A DNA stretch of 64,000 nucleotides, from assembly GCA_965235115.1 (NCBI GenBank), contig OZ249450.1, positions 21,080,001-21,144,000 on the forward strand. Reading direction: 5' to 3'. Origin of the DNA: Laetmonice hystrix. Its lineage: Eukaryota. Positions 26,301 to 38,430 of this stretch are shown here, one piece after another. The stretch's first letter is position 1; each line of letters opens with the position of its first letter. A program made the translations under genes and the position numbers. The notes under the pieces were generated by a model that was not told where the DNA came from, searched no databases, and worked only from the letters and a program-made list of their open reading frames with translations.

Positions 26301-28370
26301 GCTGATGTTGCAGTTTTGTCAACATTTAGTAATGTATGAAACCCTTGCTCAGAATCCAAATGTTCTCAACATTTGCTGGTGTAGTCAACATTTGCTGGTG
26401 TTGTCACCAACCTTGCTGTTCATAAAGATGTGGCTATCTTAGCACCGCGGTGAACACAAATGCACATATTATACTACATACTCTGGGAAGCGGGCCAGTA
26501 AGTCCTTGTACATAGATATATACTGCAGCCATGCTGTTTGGCAAGCCCGGTTCTATAAGAGTTCTCAGAAAGCTTAACTTTACAAGATGACATGGGAGGC
26601 CACCAAGGGTTTGCTGAGAATACTGCTGTTTTGATTTCTGTTAAAATGAAAAAAAAAATCCACAGGGGTTCATTCGATATGTGCCAAGTTGACCCCAATA
26701 ACTGGCCAAATTGAAATAATCCCAGCTCACAAAGGAAGTGTATTCCTATGTTTTGTGGTGTGATTATAGAGAGATGTAACTAGAGGGTGACGAGTTAACC
26801 GTGGTTATATTTGGTCTAGTTGAGTGTCAGAGAACCCAGTGTTTGACTGCCTGGTGCTGTGTGTGGTGTTCTGCCCTGGTGTTGCCACAGTTACTCCAGC
26901 TTTACAATGGGGTCACGGTGTGACCTTGACTCCAGGGTCAGTGTGGATCATGTGACCCGAGTTGTCATTCCGTCAGTCTTATTTGCTTGTGTCTGCCTGG
27001 CATTGCCAATTTTAGAAAAAGAGGAGAGAAAAAACGAATAATCAGATTTTTAAGGATCCAAAGCGATCAATACTTAATGCTTTGACAGGAGCCGCTGTCA
27101 GTTTTAATTGTTTAATGATTTTATATTGAGATATTGAGTGTTTCCTGTAATACTTGATGAAGATTGTACACAGGCTGTACCATACAGCCATGGTGTATGT
27201 AGGATTTTCACATGTTAGGATAGGAGTGTACATGGTATTGTCAAGGCGGCCATAAACTAGTTAACAACCCTTCCACTTGTTCAGTCAGGGTCGGGGTTGA
27301 GTATGCAGGGTATTTACAACTAAGTGTGACTTACAGTTTGACACTGGCTCTTTTATATTACCAATCTGTTCCATAAATTGAGGTGGACCTTTTGTGTGTA
27401 AAGATCTTATATTTTGCTTTTAGCATGTGGCCCGGCCAATAAATCTTCCGACAGACCTCAGCAACATATACAATTTGTTTGGATCCTAAAATAGAGACTT
27501 TATAGTAGAAATTAAGAATAAGACATTAGAACTGCCAGAAATTCACTGTGTAATTTAAAGTACATGTACTAAGGAAACTGTTTGCTGAGATCTGACTGGA
27601 TTAGGTAAAAAGTCATGCCCTGGCCGTACCTTACTTAAGGAGCTCAAGAACAAACATGATAACCAAACTATACGATTCTCAGAATACTTTTAGTCCTGGA
27701 AATGATGGCTGCTATTGCAGCGTTAGATCGACATGATGAACCACACATTCAGTGAGGAGGGGGGGGGGGACTTGTACTACCGGTATTATACCGCTAACCT
27801 TTCCCAGGATAGCCTCGACAGTTGTCCATGATTGGGGCTGCCTAGTTCAGGATATCTGTTCGTACAGAAATATTACGTACAGAAGTCACGGCTAGGATCT
27901 CCAAGCCTGGTGGAGCGTTGTTGGCGTAATGTGATGGTCAGACAGGTCTAGTTTCGACTGGCCAGCTTGCCACGTGTTTGTGTTAAACTTACAGATATAA
28001 AGATGAAGTAAGGGCATTGCCTGTATGTGAAGGGATGCTGGCGATCAACCTATGAGCATTGTTAGATTGCATAAGATGTTTTGCATTGTGTACATTGTCG
28101 CAAGTGTCAAAATTATGTTTTGTATTATTTTGCATACCGTATACCAAGGTATTCTAAAAGTGCTACATTTTTGTTGTGAGGCTGAAGTTCCGTCGTAAGT
28201 AAGTGGATCTATCTGGTAGGGTGGTCTGGGATCACAAGACTGGGGTAGGTGCTACCGTTGAGAGCTGTGGGGTGGGAGCAGTGGGGTAAGTTGGATTAAG
28301 CTTGGCTTGGTTCAATGTTGGGTGTGATTTTATTCAGGCCTTCACAAGAGACCAGGACAGAAGGAGCCCG

Positions 28371-28460
28371 GTAGGCATCAGTACATGGCCATGTAGGCAT
28401 CAGTACATGGCCATGTAGGCATCAGTACATGGCCATGTAGGCATCAGTACATGGCCATGT
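28371..28460. repeat. 22-bp repeat x4
   Basis: GTAGGCATCAGTACATGGCCAT. Confidence 0.95.
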
Positions 28461-29505
28461 TTGTACATTGAGATGCCAATATACTCAGTGTAAATATAAA
28501 GAAAGCTGTATGAACCAAATTGATTATAATGGCAGTTGCAGTTTATGCAGAGGTCAGAGTGTATGTGAAAGCTTTATAATTTGCTGTAAACCAGGGAGAT
28601 GAGGTGGCTTTCAACACTTGTCATGTTTGAGTATTATTTGGAATCTCTATGACACCTATTGGCCAAGTCTCGAGTTATATTATTCATCATACGAGGATGT
28701 GCAGTGCGACAGTTTGTAAGAAGAAAGAGATGGGATAACAATGCTGCTGAAACCATCTCTCTCTTTTCCCCCCCAAAAAAATATTTTTGTAAGTTGCGTT
28801 TTGTAATACATAGGTGGCAGTACTGTATCAATTTCAGCTTCTAGTCATTTGGGTTTGAGTAATTCTCTTGTCAGGTGGGCTCAGTATTGCTCCTGTGGGA
28901 CAGGGTTTACTTCGTGCTCATCCCAGTCTTGTTTGAACTTACTCAGGGTTATCTCAGTCTGGGTGCCGTAAATCTCATTAGTTCGAGTTTGCTCATTTAC
29001 TTTTTCATATTTCATAAATTTGGTATTACCGTAAGAGTGAAAACATGTTTGCTAACGATTTCCAACCCTTTGTCGATCTTAAGACTCTTTCATTAAAAAT
29101 AAATTTAAAGTATGGAGAAGTTAAAGAGGTAGAGGATGTCTATTTCTCTTTGGCTACAACTGATTACATTGATGTGAGTGATACAAGTCCCCGACCAAAC
29201 CAGTGGAATGGTTAAAGTCAATACAAACTTGGACTACAAACCTGGAAGTCTTTGAGGCACCAATAATTGTAGATTGTGTATAGGATTTCAGTCATGACAG
29301 CCTCGATGGATACATGTTGCAGACAGTATTACTGTGAGTGAAGTTGTTTGAAATGTGTCGTTCATCCAAGTCAGACATTGCAATATGTAACAGTATTTTA
29401 TTAGAACAATGTAACAGTGGATTTGTTCAAAGAAAGACCCATGTCCATGGAACCTAATGTGACAGTCATAAGACTATGGGAAACAGTTGCGGATTTAAGG
29501 GCGCA

Positions 29506-29796
29506 ATACTTTGTGGTAGTAACTTTGTAAGTACGGTAAAGACACATACTTTGTGGAAGTAACTATTTAAGTACGGTAAAGACACATACTTTGTGGAAGT
29601 AACTATTTAAGTACGGTAAAGACACATACTTTGTGGAAGTAACTATTTAAGTACGGTAAAGACACATACTTTGTGGAAGTAACTTTGTAAGTACGGTAAA
29701 GACACATACTTTGTGGAAGTAACTATTTAAGTACGGTAAAGACACATACTTTGTGGAAGTAACTATTTAAGTACGGTAAAGACACATACTGTGTGG
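29506..29796. repeat. 40-bp minisatellite x7
   Basis: ATACTTTGTGGAAGTAACTATTTAAGTACGGTAAAGACAC. Confidence 0.96.
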
Positions 29797-32084
29797 GCGT
29801 TAAATGTCTGATGCCATTTACTATGCGACCACTCATTTAACCATATTTAATTCAGAGCCACGGTTTTAGGAGAGTACCCCGGTACCATTGAAGAAATGAT
29901 AAAGATTAAAACAAGCACAGAACTTTTAACATTGGGTTCTACAAGGACACAGGGATGAAAGGGGATTTTAATAAGTAGATAGGAGAGGGAATTGGGGGGA
30001 TTAAAAATGTACAAATTAGATTAAATACATAAGATAGCTGCTGTCCGGAACCAGTCGTATTGAGTAGATGACAGTGTGATTGTACTATTAAAGCGATTTT
30101 ACCAATGTAAATTGTAATTCTACAGGATTTTGTATACTCTTGCGTAATGCTAAGTAAGAGTTCCACTTGGAAACGTGTTTTTGTAGCTGTGTTTCCTGAG
30201 GACCAAACAGTGGATCCGGCCTTTGCTGGAGGCGGCGGGTTTTCACACTGTCACGAGTCTGTTTGTTGATATAAGTAAAGAGATAACGTTGTCCTTGGTG
30301 TCAGACAGTAACGAGAGACGATCAGAAACTAATGGATATCTTGCCGATGATCGGCAGTTCGTGGTATCTATTCACAGGTCATTCTCATAGTCTGGATTAA
30401 GTCTGTCCTCAGAGTATTGGCTCATTTGTTGCATTTTAGTAAATCTTGAGCAGTGTTAGATCTGTGAGTTCTGACACGGATGATGTATATAAAGTCATAC
30501 TGTAATTGACGGTAAACTGTTTTGAAGGGAAGGGAGGATGGCTTGTTATTGTACGGTACGGTAAATGCTGTATGTGGAGCAGTAGTGACGTCACTTGTCT
30601 AGTTTTATATTCTAGTCTTTGTTTTATTGATTTTAGTGAGGCATTTGTCTTCATGCACTTGGTGATTCATTACGTAAGAAGATTTTAAGTCGAGGACAAG
30701 ACAACCAACGCATCGTTTTTAAAGTCCCCCTTTATTATCAGGAGTACAAGAAAAAAATAATCGTAATATTTTGTTGGTGAAATCATTTGTCATTCATAAT
30801 GATATCACATAATTTTTTGGAAAGTCGGACAATTTTGTGACTTTCCCTTTTACTAGTTTTAGTACGTTGTGGTCACTTCATGAGAAGTCTTGATAAAACG
30901 TTTTTACTTGGAATGGTGCAACCGAGAAAAGACGTTGACCCTCGGAATAAACATTTCTAGGATATTTAAAATCCTATAAGGAGCATCCACTGATATTTTG
31001 TTACGTGAGGATGTAACCGGCCGGCGTCTCTGTACCGTTGCTATGTAAAGTGTGATCCCAATGTTCCACACTGACCCAAGCCAAGTGTGCATCTTCTATT
31101 CTAGCCTGTCACTGTAATTACTATAATTTATGGTCGATACCACTGTATTGTATATACCATGTAATGCCCAGCGACCCATTTGGCCATGTAATGGGGAAAA
31201 CCACATGTGAATAAAATTGCATAGATGAATAAGATTTTGTACAAATAGATTAGGGGCTTGTGTGTTTTATTTGTTAAGTCTGGCCTATTTCAGGGCAGTT
31301 AACCAGGTTCAGGGACGAGTGAAAGTAGTCCTACAAAATAAAAACAAAGTCAAGATGCCCCCGCCGCCACCCCCACATTGAAATGATGAGTCGCCAGATT
31401 GTTTTGCGTTTTGCTCCCCCCCCCCCTTGTCAAAATTTTGATCCCTAAATGATGTGCATTTAGTTTTATTCGCACAAAAAATTATTTTGTCAAATATTTT
31501 GCCCTCCAACCACTATTAAACAACTATTTTCTCCTTGCGATAAGCAAGACAGTGTCTATATGAGCCTTATGTATGAAGTTATTCATGTTTAAAGAATTTT
31601 TCACGTATTTGCTCACGTTTCGTTGATGGAATGGGGGTGGGGGGGGGGGGGGCAAGGCCGTACCTTTTGGTCACCAGTGGGGGCAGATACCCCACACGTA
31701 CCCCTTGGGACCTATAGATGCGTTTTCTTTCTGTTATTGACAGATTTAATTTGGTCAAGGCGATAACAAAGTTATGCCGTGCTCATTACCCTAACGTTAT
31801 ACCTAATCTGGTTGACACTGTGCATTCCCTAACCTAACACAAAGCGGTAGTATAGTCTGCCTGGAGTGGTCGTTTTGGGAGAGCAACGTACGTGCCACTC
31901 GGAACGGTCAATATACACCAGCGCCTACTGGCGGCACCTTTATGAAACCTTGAAAGCTGAAATGATTTTACATCAACAACACACGTTCGACACGATTCCT
32001 TTGACAATTCACTTAGAATCTGCAGGGAATCCAATCATCATTTCAACCTTTGACTTTTTAACGCCCTCTTGACACGCGATAAGC

Positions 32085-32390
32085 ATTATTTCGTTCGTCG
32101 CTATGAACGTTTGAAGTGCCGAACCGAAGCGAAGTTCCACTGCTGCCGATGAATCGTGATTAGTTCCATAATTCCCGATAGATGGCACGGAAAAGGGTGC
32201 TGCCATCTATCGTTTTGACTTGGAACTCAATATTAGTTCAGAGTTAAAACGATAGATGGCAGCACCCTATTCAGTGCCATCTAGCGGGTATTATGGAACT
32301 AATCAGTGGCCGCCTGTGGCGCTACAGTCGGCTGTCAAAGCGCATCGATCGGCACTTCAAACATCAACAACGACGACCGGAAACATAACT
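32085..32390. mobile_element. Palindromic MITE-like element with a core 64-bp inverted repeat (32157-32220 / 32242-32305)
   Basis: Core arms differ at about 5 positions. The outer segments TCGTCG..GTTTGAAGTGCCGA and TCGGCACTTCAAAC..CGACGA also pair. Confidence 0.65.
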
Positions 32391-32937
32391 ATAAAATATC
32401 AAGCAGGGATAAGGTATCAAAGTCTGAAATGATCATAATATTTTAGTAGCGCTATAGATTGTAAGAGAATCTCCAATTAACATGTGTTTTGGCGAACTCC
32501 ACCATGCCCATGCCATAGTTATCAAAATTTCCGCCAGCAGGCGCTGCCTCATCTCGACCGTGTGGCCCTTGCCGTTGATGGTAGACAGCGTCATTTTGTC
32601 CAAATCTAGGGTGTAACCAGCAGGGGGTTTCCAGGTTGCCTGGAACCCCCCCCCCCCTCCAAAAAAAGATAATTAATAGATAATTGAATAACTATATAGA
32701 TCTAAATGAATTACTAATATGGTTGGGACCCCCGCCCACCCCACCACCACCACCACAATCTCCGTTGGAACCCCACCTTATCTCAGTTCTGCCTACACCC
32801 CTGCCCCATCCTCCTTGTTAATCCTTGATACAGTATTTCGTGAGTAACGCAAGATTTCGCTGGCGCCATCTTGTGTTACTTGCCGGAAGTGTTGAACCTA
32901 GTGCTGCCATCTAGAGTTTTATCGGTAAACGTCCAAC

Positions 32938-33066
32938 ATGGCGAGCATGGAGGTGATGTGGGCTACGGTCCAGTCCCAGTTGCAGGGAAGTGGAGATGCA
33001 GTCGTATGCTGTCTGCACTGGAATCTGGTGGCGAACGGATTTAAGTGTATAGGAAGAGGAGAGAAT
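32938..33066 (+). CDS. PSMF1: PSMF1/PI31 coding exon 1 (MASMEVMWATVQSQLQGSGDAVVCCLHWNLVANGFKCIGRGEN)
   Basis: DAxVCxxHWxxVxxGxxCxG motif of the FP domain; 129 nt; GTAAGA donor. Confidence 0.95.
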
Positions 33067-33430
33067 GTAAGACAACAGAAACTGTGACTTACATTGTGAC
33101 AGTGACACTGACATACTAACACTGACACTGACAGTGACAGTGACACGTTCCATGATCCTGACTGTCTGTGAGTGTCTTACTCATTGTCGAAGGCCGGGGA
33201 GGGAGGGAGGGGGGGGGGGGGGGTGCTTTGACAAGGCTATCATACTTGTGAAGTTACGTGTTATTTTTGAATGAATTCCACTTCCTCCTGGCATGCTTGC
33301 AGTACTAGTTGTAATGTTGACTAATAATGACTGTTGAATGTGACTTTCTTGTGTAGCCTGTAGGCTAGTAATATTACTAATGCCAATGTCATATATTAAT
33401 TATGTTGATTTAATTTGGTTTCAAATTAAG

Positions 33431-33592
33431 GTCCCTCAGACAGCTGATGCCGTGGTCCGATCCGAACTATTACCAGCTGGATGGAACACAGACCAGAATA
33501 TCTACACCCTGATGTATTTACCAAATCAGTCATCGAACACGCACCTGCTCAAAGTAGTGAAGATGGATAATTCTTTGTTAGTTCATGTCTTG
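33431..33592 (+). CDS. PSMF1: PSMF1 coding exon 2 (VPQTADAVVRSELLPAGWNTDQNIYTLMY...LLVHVL)
   Basis: SELLPAGWN and YxLxY motifs; AG acceptor and GTAAGG donor; 162 nt, phase 0-0. Confidence 0.95.
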
Positions 33593-33797
33593 GTAAGGAC
33601 AGGCTCCTGAGAAATGGGAACAGTTGTCAAATTCTGAAAAGTAGCAATTTTGAGTCACTAGCCCAATACAAGATTAGAACTTTGTGGTTTTAATTGGTAA
33701 TATTGCTGTGAGTCAGATTCTTGGTCATTTGTATAATGAATCAAAATAACCAGTTAACATACCAGTTAGTGAGTTAGTGAAATCTTTTTTTTTTCAG

Positions 33798-33877
33798 AGG
33801 ACCAGTGATGAAAAAGTGGCAGATATGACTATTAACATAAAAGACTACACAACTGAAGACCTTTCTTCATTTGATAG
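33798..33877 (+). CDS. PSMF1: PSMF1 coding exon 3 (RTSDEKVADMTINIKDYTTEDLSSFD + 2 nt)
   Basis: Poly-T CAG acceptor and GTAATG donor; 80 nt; VADxTxNxxDY motif. Confidence 0.93.
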
Positions 33878-34132
33878 GTAATGCTGATGTTATAATTTTT
33901 AAATTACAAATATGTCACTCATCATTATATTTAACTTAAGAAAGTTTTTGCTTTTTTATTTTCTGTAATGGAGTAAAATGTAAGTCCTACCTCTAAAAGC
34001 GCGATATATTGTCATTTGTAGAATTCAACATTTTGTTTCTGTTTATGATGATGATTGTGGACAAGGGCCCGTGTTGTGGTTAAAATTAAGCTCAGGGGTC
34101 TACAGCTCAATCTCTACTTTGTCATCCCATAG

Positions 34133-34318
34133 TGCCTACAAAGACCTGGAAGCCCTTCAACAGCGCTTTAAGAAAGAGATTGTACTAACTCTTACACCAG
34201 AGACAGCCACAGCATCTTCAACAAGTCAAAATCAACAACAACGGCACCAACCAAGATTTGATGACGACCCATTAAGGATTGGCCGACCAATGAGAGGAGG
34301 CCAGCCAGTACCAGACTG
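34133..34318 (+). CDS. PSMF1: PSMF1 coding exon 4 (AYKDLEALQQRFKKEIV...DDDPLRIGRP...PD)
   Basis: CATAG acceptor and GTATAT donor; 186 nt, phase 2-2; DPLRI motif. Confidence 0.92.
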
Positions 34319-34506
34319 GTATATTTATCAGCAAAGATTTGATCTATCACATCAGTCTTTTGAAAATGTCGTATCAAAAACAATATATTTTATAGAGTAT
34401 AACATGCACAAGATGTAAAAGATTATTCAGACTTCAAATCCAAAAGTAATTTGGTATCTAAAGTATGTAAACAATATTTATAATTGCTTTTATCTCTTCT
34501 CCCAAG

Positions 34507-34737
34507 GGATCAGCGTGGGTCACCATTTGGGGTTGGTCGTGGTGACCTGGACCCTTTAGCTCAAGGTCGTGGAGGGGGGATGTACATGGACCCCAGTCGT
34601 TTCCCAGGAATGTTCCCGGACCACCACTCGGGGTTGCCTGGTCGTCTCCCTCCCGGTGCTGTTCCTCCGGGGGCAAGATTTGACCCATTTGGTCCTCCTG
34701 ACCCAGAGCGAAACCCTGGTGGAGCACCTCGTCCAGG
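34507..34737 (+). CDS. PSMF1: PSMF1 coding exon 5 (DQRGSPFGVGRGDLDPL...LPPGAVPPGARFDPFGP...PRP)
   Basis: PI31 proline-rich proteasome-binding motifs GxxDLDP and PPGAVPPGARFDPFGP; 231 nt; GTCAGT donor. Confidence 0.95.
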
Positions 34738-34872
34738 GTCAGTTTGTATTCAGGGTGACACCTGCAATGTTGATAGTTTTATCTTTATTTCTAAAATCAC
34801 TCGGTGCAATTTATATACGTAGCAATTTCAGAGCTATCAGACTTGGAATTATATTGAAAATGGCTGGTGAAG

Positions 34873-34986
34873 TGAAAGTTAAACACTGCCACCTTTTATT
34901 ATGTTTCAGACCTGATCCTGACCATTTACTGAAAGTTAAACACTGGCACCTTTTATTATGTTTCAGACCTGATCCTGACCATTTAC
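34873..34986. repeat. 57-bp tandem duplication spanning the last PSMF1 acceptor
   Basis: TGAAAGTTAAACACTG(C/G)CACCTTTTATTATGTTTCAGACCTGATCCTGACCATTTAC x2. Confidence 0.95.
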
Positions 34987-35018
34987 CCCCACCAGGATAT
35001 GGTGACATGTTCATGTGA
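34967..35018 (+). CDS. PSMF1: PSMF1 terminal coding exon (PDPDHLPPPGYGDMFM*)
   Basis: 52-nt exon with the PDHLPPPGY motif and an HbYX-like C-terminus. A second identical acceptor lies 57 nt upstream (exon start 34910). Confidence 0.93.
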
Positions 35019-35430
35019 TCCGCAGCATTTCCCAGAGTAACTTTAGGATGAGATATTAAAAGGACAATAAAGATCTGTGAATGGAACTTGCAAACCTTGA
35101 AAATAGCAACCATTGTGGCTTTGGCCGTTTTGGTATCTAATTAGCATCCAAGCACAACAAGAAAAACTCAAAGCTATGAAAAGAGTTCTTGCTGCATCAA
35201 GGGACGAGGATTTTGTGGAGAGATACTTGACTTGTTTTTGGCCATAAATGTAAAGTACTATAATATCTCTGAGTAGAATTCCTGACTTTGCAAACTGTTG
35301 CAATTAAACGGATGTCTGCAATGTTTACCCCTATCTTTAAAATTTGTAAATATTATTTTTTAATTAAGAAATGTACATATTATTTATGAGAAAATTAAGC
35401 AATAATCATATTATTGAAACGTAGTTGCTG

Positions 35431-35436
35431 AATAAA
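35431..35436 (+). terminator. Candidate PSMF1 polyadenylation signal (AATAAA; another at 35066)
   Basis: AATAAA followed by a GT-rich tract, about 410 nt after the stop codon. Confidence 0.45.
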
Positions 35437-36436
35437 TTGGGTGTCCTGTGTGGAGGGCACTAATTTTATTGTTTAATGTATGTGTATGTAATCCTTCCCC
35501 CCCCCCCCCCCACCTCCGTATGGGGTATGCCAATTTAATGGAAATGCCTCAAGAGGACATGTCCCACACTTGACGCTAGATGGCGACACTAGCAATGCGC
35601 CGAACTCCTGTTTGTTCATGGTTGCTCGAGACAACGAGACGAGACAGTCTGTTTCTCTGGACAACCCGAAAAGCCCTGAAAGGTAAATGTGCAAAAATTG
35701 TGCTGCGCAAAAATATTCCAATCTACATTATCTATTTATCTCTATCTCTGTTTTCGAAAGTAAAAATTTTATATGAAGTTGCAGCAAGTCTAAAAAATAA
35801 TCACAATATATCCCGTAATTCATATGATAAAGCGGTCGAAATGCCCCCCCCCCCCCCAGTGATCCAAGCAGGGGGTGGAGCCACCCCCCCCCCCCTTCCG
35901 CTAAAACTCACTCAGCCATATTTATCAGCCTATTTTGTCAATGAATGAGCTAGAACAGGACCAGAGTCGGCAGCCCCCCCCCCCCCCTGGAACAATTTTA
36001 AAAAATAGTACTGACGCTACAGTATAGAACTCCAACCCTCTGAACTGAACTGAACTGAAGACGATTAGATTCTATTTAGTGATTGTATTCAGAGGATTAA
36101 TTAATTGTACTAATGAAACTTATGTAATTTTTAAAATTGAAACTAAAAGTTGCTAGGCCTATGTTGAGCGGAAGGTATCCCCCTTTTTTTTGGGGGGGGG
36201 GGGGGGTTGCACAGTTAGCAAGTGACGGATTTTTTTTTATATCTCTTCCCATTTTTTAAATATTTTTTTTAATACTTGTTTAAAAAATAACCGTGACATA
36301 GAATTTTGTGATCATTATGTCACACGTAGAATCCTAGCAGAATACATTGTTTAAAATATTTTTTTATGTATTTATTCAATTTTTTATGACTAGAATGGTT
36401 CACTTGCCCGTTCTTCATAATACACCACTCGCCTTG

Positions 36437-36571
36437 TGACGTCATACCATTGAGCGCCATGTTGCTGATAGTAGAATTCCCCTGGTCGCAGGAGGATTGA
36501 CATCGTTAAAACGTCACGCTGGAATAACGCAATTATCCGATTTTCCTCACTCAATGTGCAGGGTTATCTTG
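36437..36571 (+). promoter_or_regulatory. CRE (TGACGTCA, 36437-36444) followed by a candidate non-coding first exon ending at TTG|GTAAGT
   Basis: Perfect CRE palindrome, CpG-containing segment and consensus donor at 36572. It may be a distal 5' UTR exon of PTP4A, the next + strand gene. Confidence 0.4.
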
Positions 36572-37399
36572 GTAAGTACGAAACGTTATTATCTGTGGAT
36601 ACCATTAGAATATACTTTTCTCATTATAACTTCGCTGATTTGTCAGATTTTATATAAATGTGTGACGGTTTTTGACTATCTATGTGAATGTGACTGTGTC
36701 TGTGTGTGGGTTCCCGAGTCTGGGCAACCGCACCGGTTACCATGTCAAAATACACGAGGACGACGCTGTCTCTGTGTTTTAAATAACCATTCAGATGTAC
36801 TCAGACAATAGATTCACTTCTTAGAAAACTAACATACACATTTGAGAATATCGCACTTAGATCTATGCCCTCAGCCTGATCTCCAAGCGGGATCAGTGAC
36901 GGCCAATCTAGACGGTCTGCCAGGCCCAGGGCCTACACTGTCTGTATACAGAGAGTACGACCACGAGAGGCCGGTCGACTCGCTGTCTGCCCGGACCGGG
37001 CCGAACTGGTTCTCTCCACTCTCACTGTGGCCCCCATACAAGCCTATTATAGATCTTCTGTTTCTTATCCAACCAGTGTTTATTAAGGGGGAGGGGCACA
37101 ATAATGTATGGACAGATGTAACTGTCCGTCCAAATGTAACATGGTCATGATGGCTAAGGATTTAACGTTAGACTTTTGTTCAAGCAAAGGATGGCTCAGC
37201 ATCGCTTCAGTAACTGAGTCAGTCTTTGTTTATATAGACAGTTCACTTTGGTTACGAATGATGTGATTTTACAAAGTAATTTTAAGAGTGTAGTAGTTAT
37301 AATACATATGAAGTTAGTACTGAGAGTGGTGTTTAGTTTAATAAATTACTGTATGTCATTTAGAAATTATATGGAATATTATTCCCAAGCAATTGCTGG

Positions 37400-38430
37400 T
37401 GCTAAAGCCTTCATAATGATTATCAAGTTCAGGAGCTGGGCCTGCACTTCAGTCTGGCAGACAGTATTGCCTCATTTAGGCTGCACAATATGTAAATAGT
37501 GTGTCTTGCGAAATCTCCAGCGACAGATTGCACAAGATGTTTCTGGTTTTGTAGTTTCTTGAGTAAACTGCATCTGCCATGAATTATGTAGTGTCTTGTC
37601 CCTGACCAATAGCCTCTAATACAGCCCATTCCAAGGCTGATTGCACATGTATTGTAGTTGTTGCCAGTGTTGGTTCCATTACTCATTCCTATTTTTAGAT
37701 GCTTCAATATAAACAGTTGGCATGATCCAAGTGGTCACTGTGATTGCCATCTAGAGGTAGCTTGACACTGTAAGAAAGGAGGGATCTGGTATACTTCTAC
37801 TTAAGTAATGACCCATTTCAAAACAGAACTTTGGCCTAACTATCAACATTCACATTAAGGCTATTAAGGAAGCCCTGTGAGATTCCGACTAAAGGTATGT
37901 TGGTTTCTTCTTTCGTTTGTTTGTTTTGTTTGTTTTTCTGCAGCTGATAATGATATAGAGTACACTTTCTAATTCATTGAACTGGAAATTGTTAATGTCA
38001 GAAGTTTGAGTACTAATGGGGAATTATAATTTACAAGGTAGAATTAAAGCCTTCATCCTGTCTCTCATACTTGAACTCGGTAATGATGAGTAATGGTCCA
38101 GAGTGCAACTGGGTTGTATTAACAATCCTATTACCCTGTCACTCAACATCAGTTTCACTTTCAATATTTTATATGTCTCTGCTGTATTACCAAACTGATG
38201 TCCACTCCAAACCTTGGTATTTCTCGATACCATATTATGAAAATATGGAGGCCTCAGATTGTGATCATTTTTCATTCATGAATAGCAGAGGGATAGCTTC
38301 CGACAAGGAAGCTTTATGTGGCCACCAAATAGTCCAAAGTGTTGCATGGATGACATTCCAGCGATTAGGCTACCATCCTGTGGGCACCCAGGCTATCAAT
38401 GTTAACATACTACATGGAGAGGGAGTGATG
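37400..38430 (-). mobile_element. Decayed LINE endonuclease fragment
   Basis: YVNIDSL (cf. xNIxSL), GLHIF (cf. GYxxF) and VAGDF (cf. GDFN) occur in the expected order, with stops. Confidence 0.4.

Noticed and set aside
32430-32600. 53-aa - strand ATG ORF (MTLSTINGKGHTVEMRQRLL...) divergent from PSMF1
   Set aside because: Short, no donor site, flanked by repeat-like elements, no homology recognised.
35004-35018. PI31 ends in DMFM rather than the human HbYX DMYL
   Set aside because: To my recollection Phe at this position is common in non-mammalian PI31, so it is not treated as novel.
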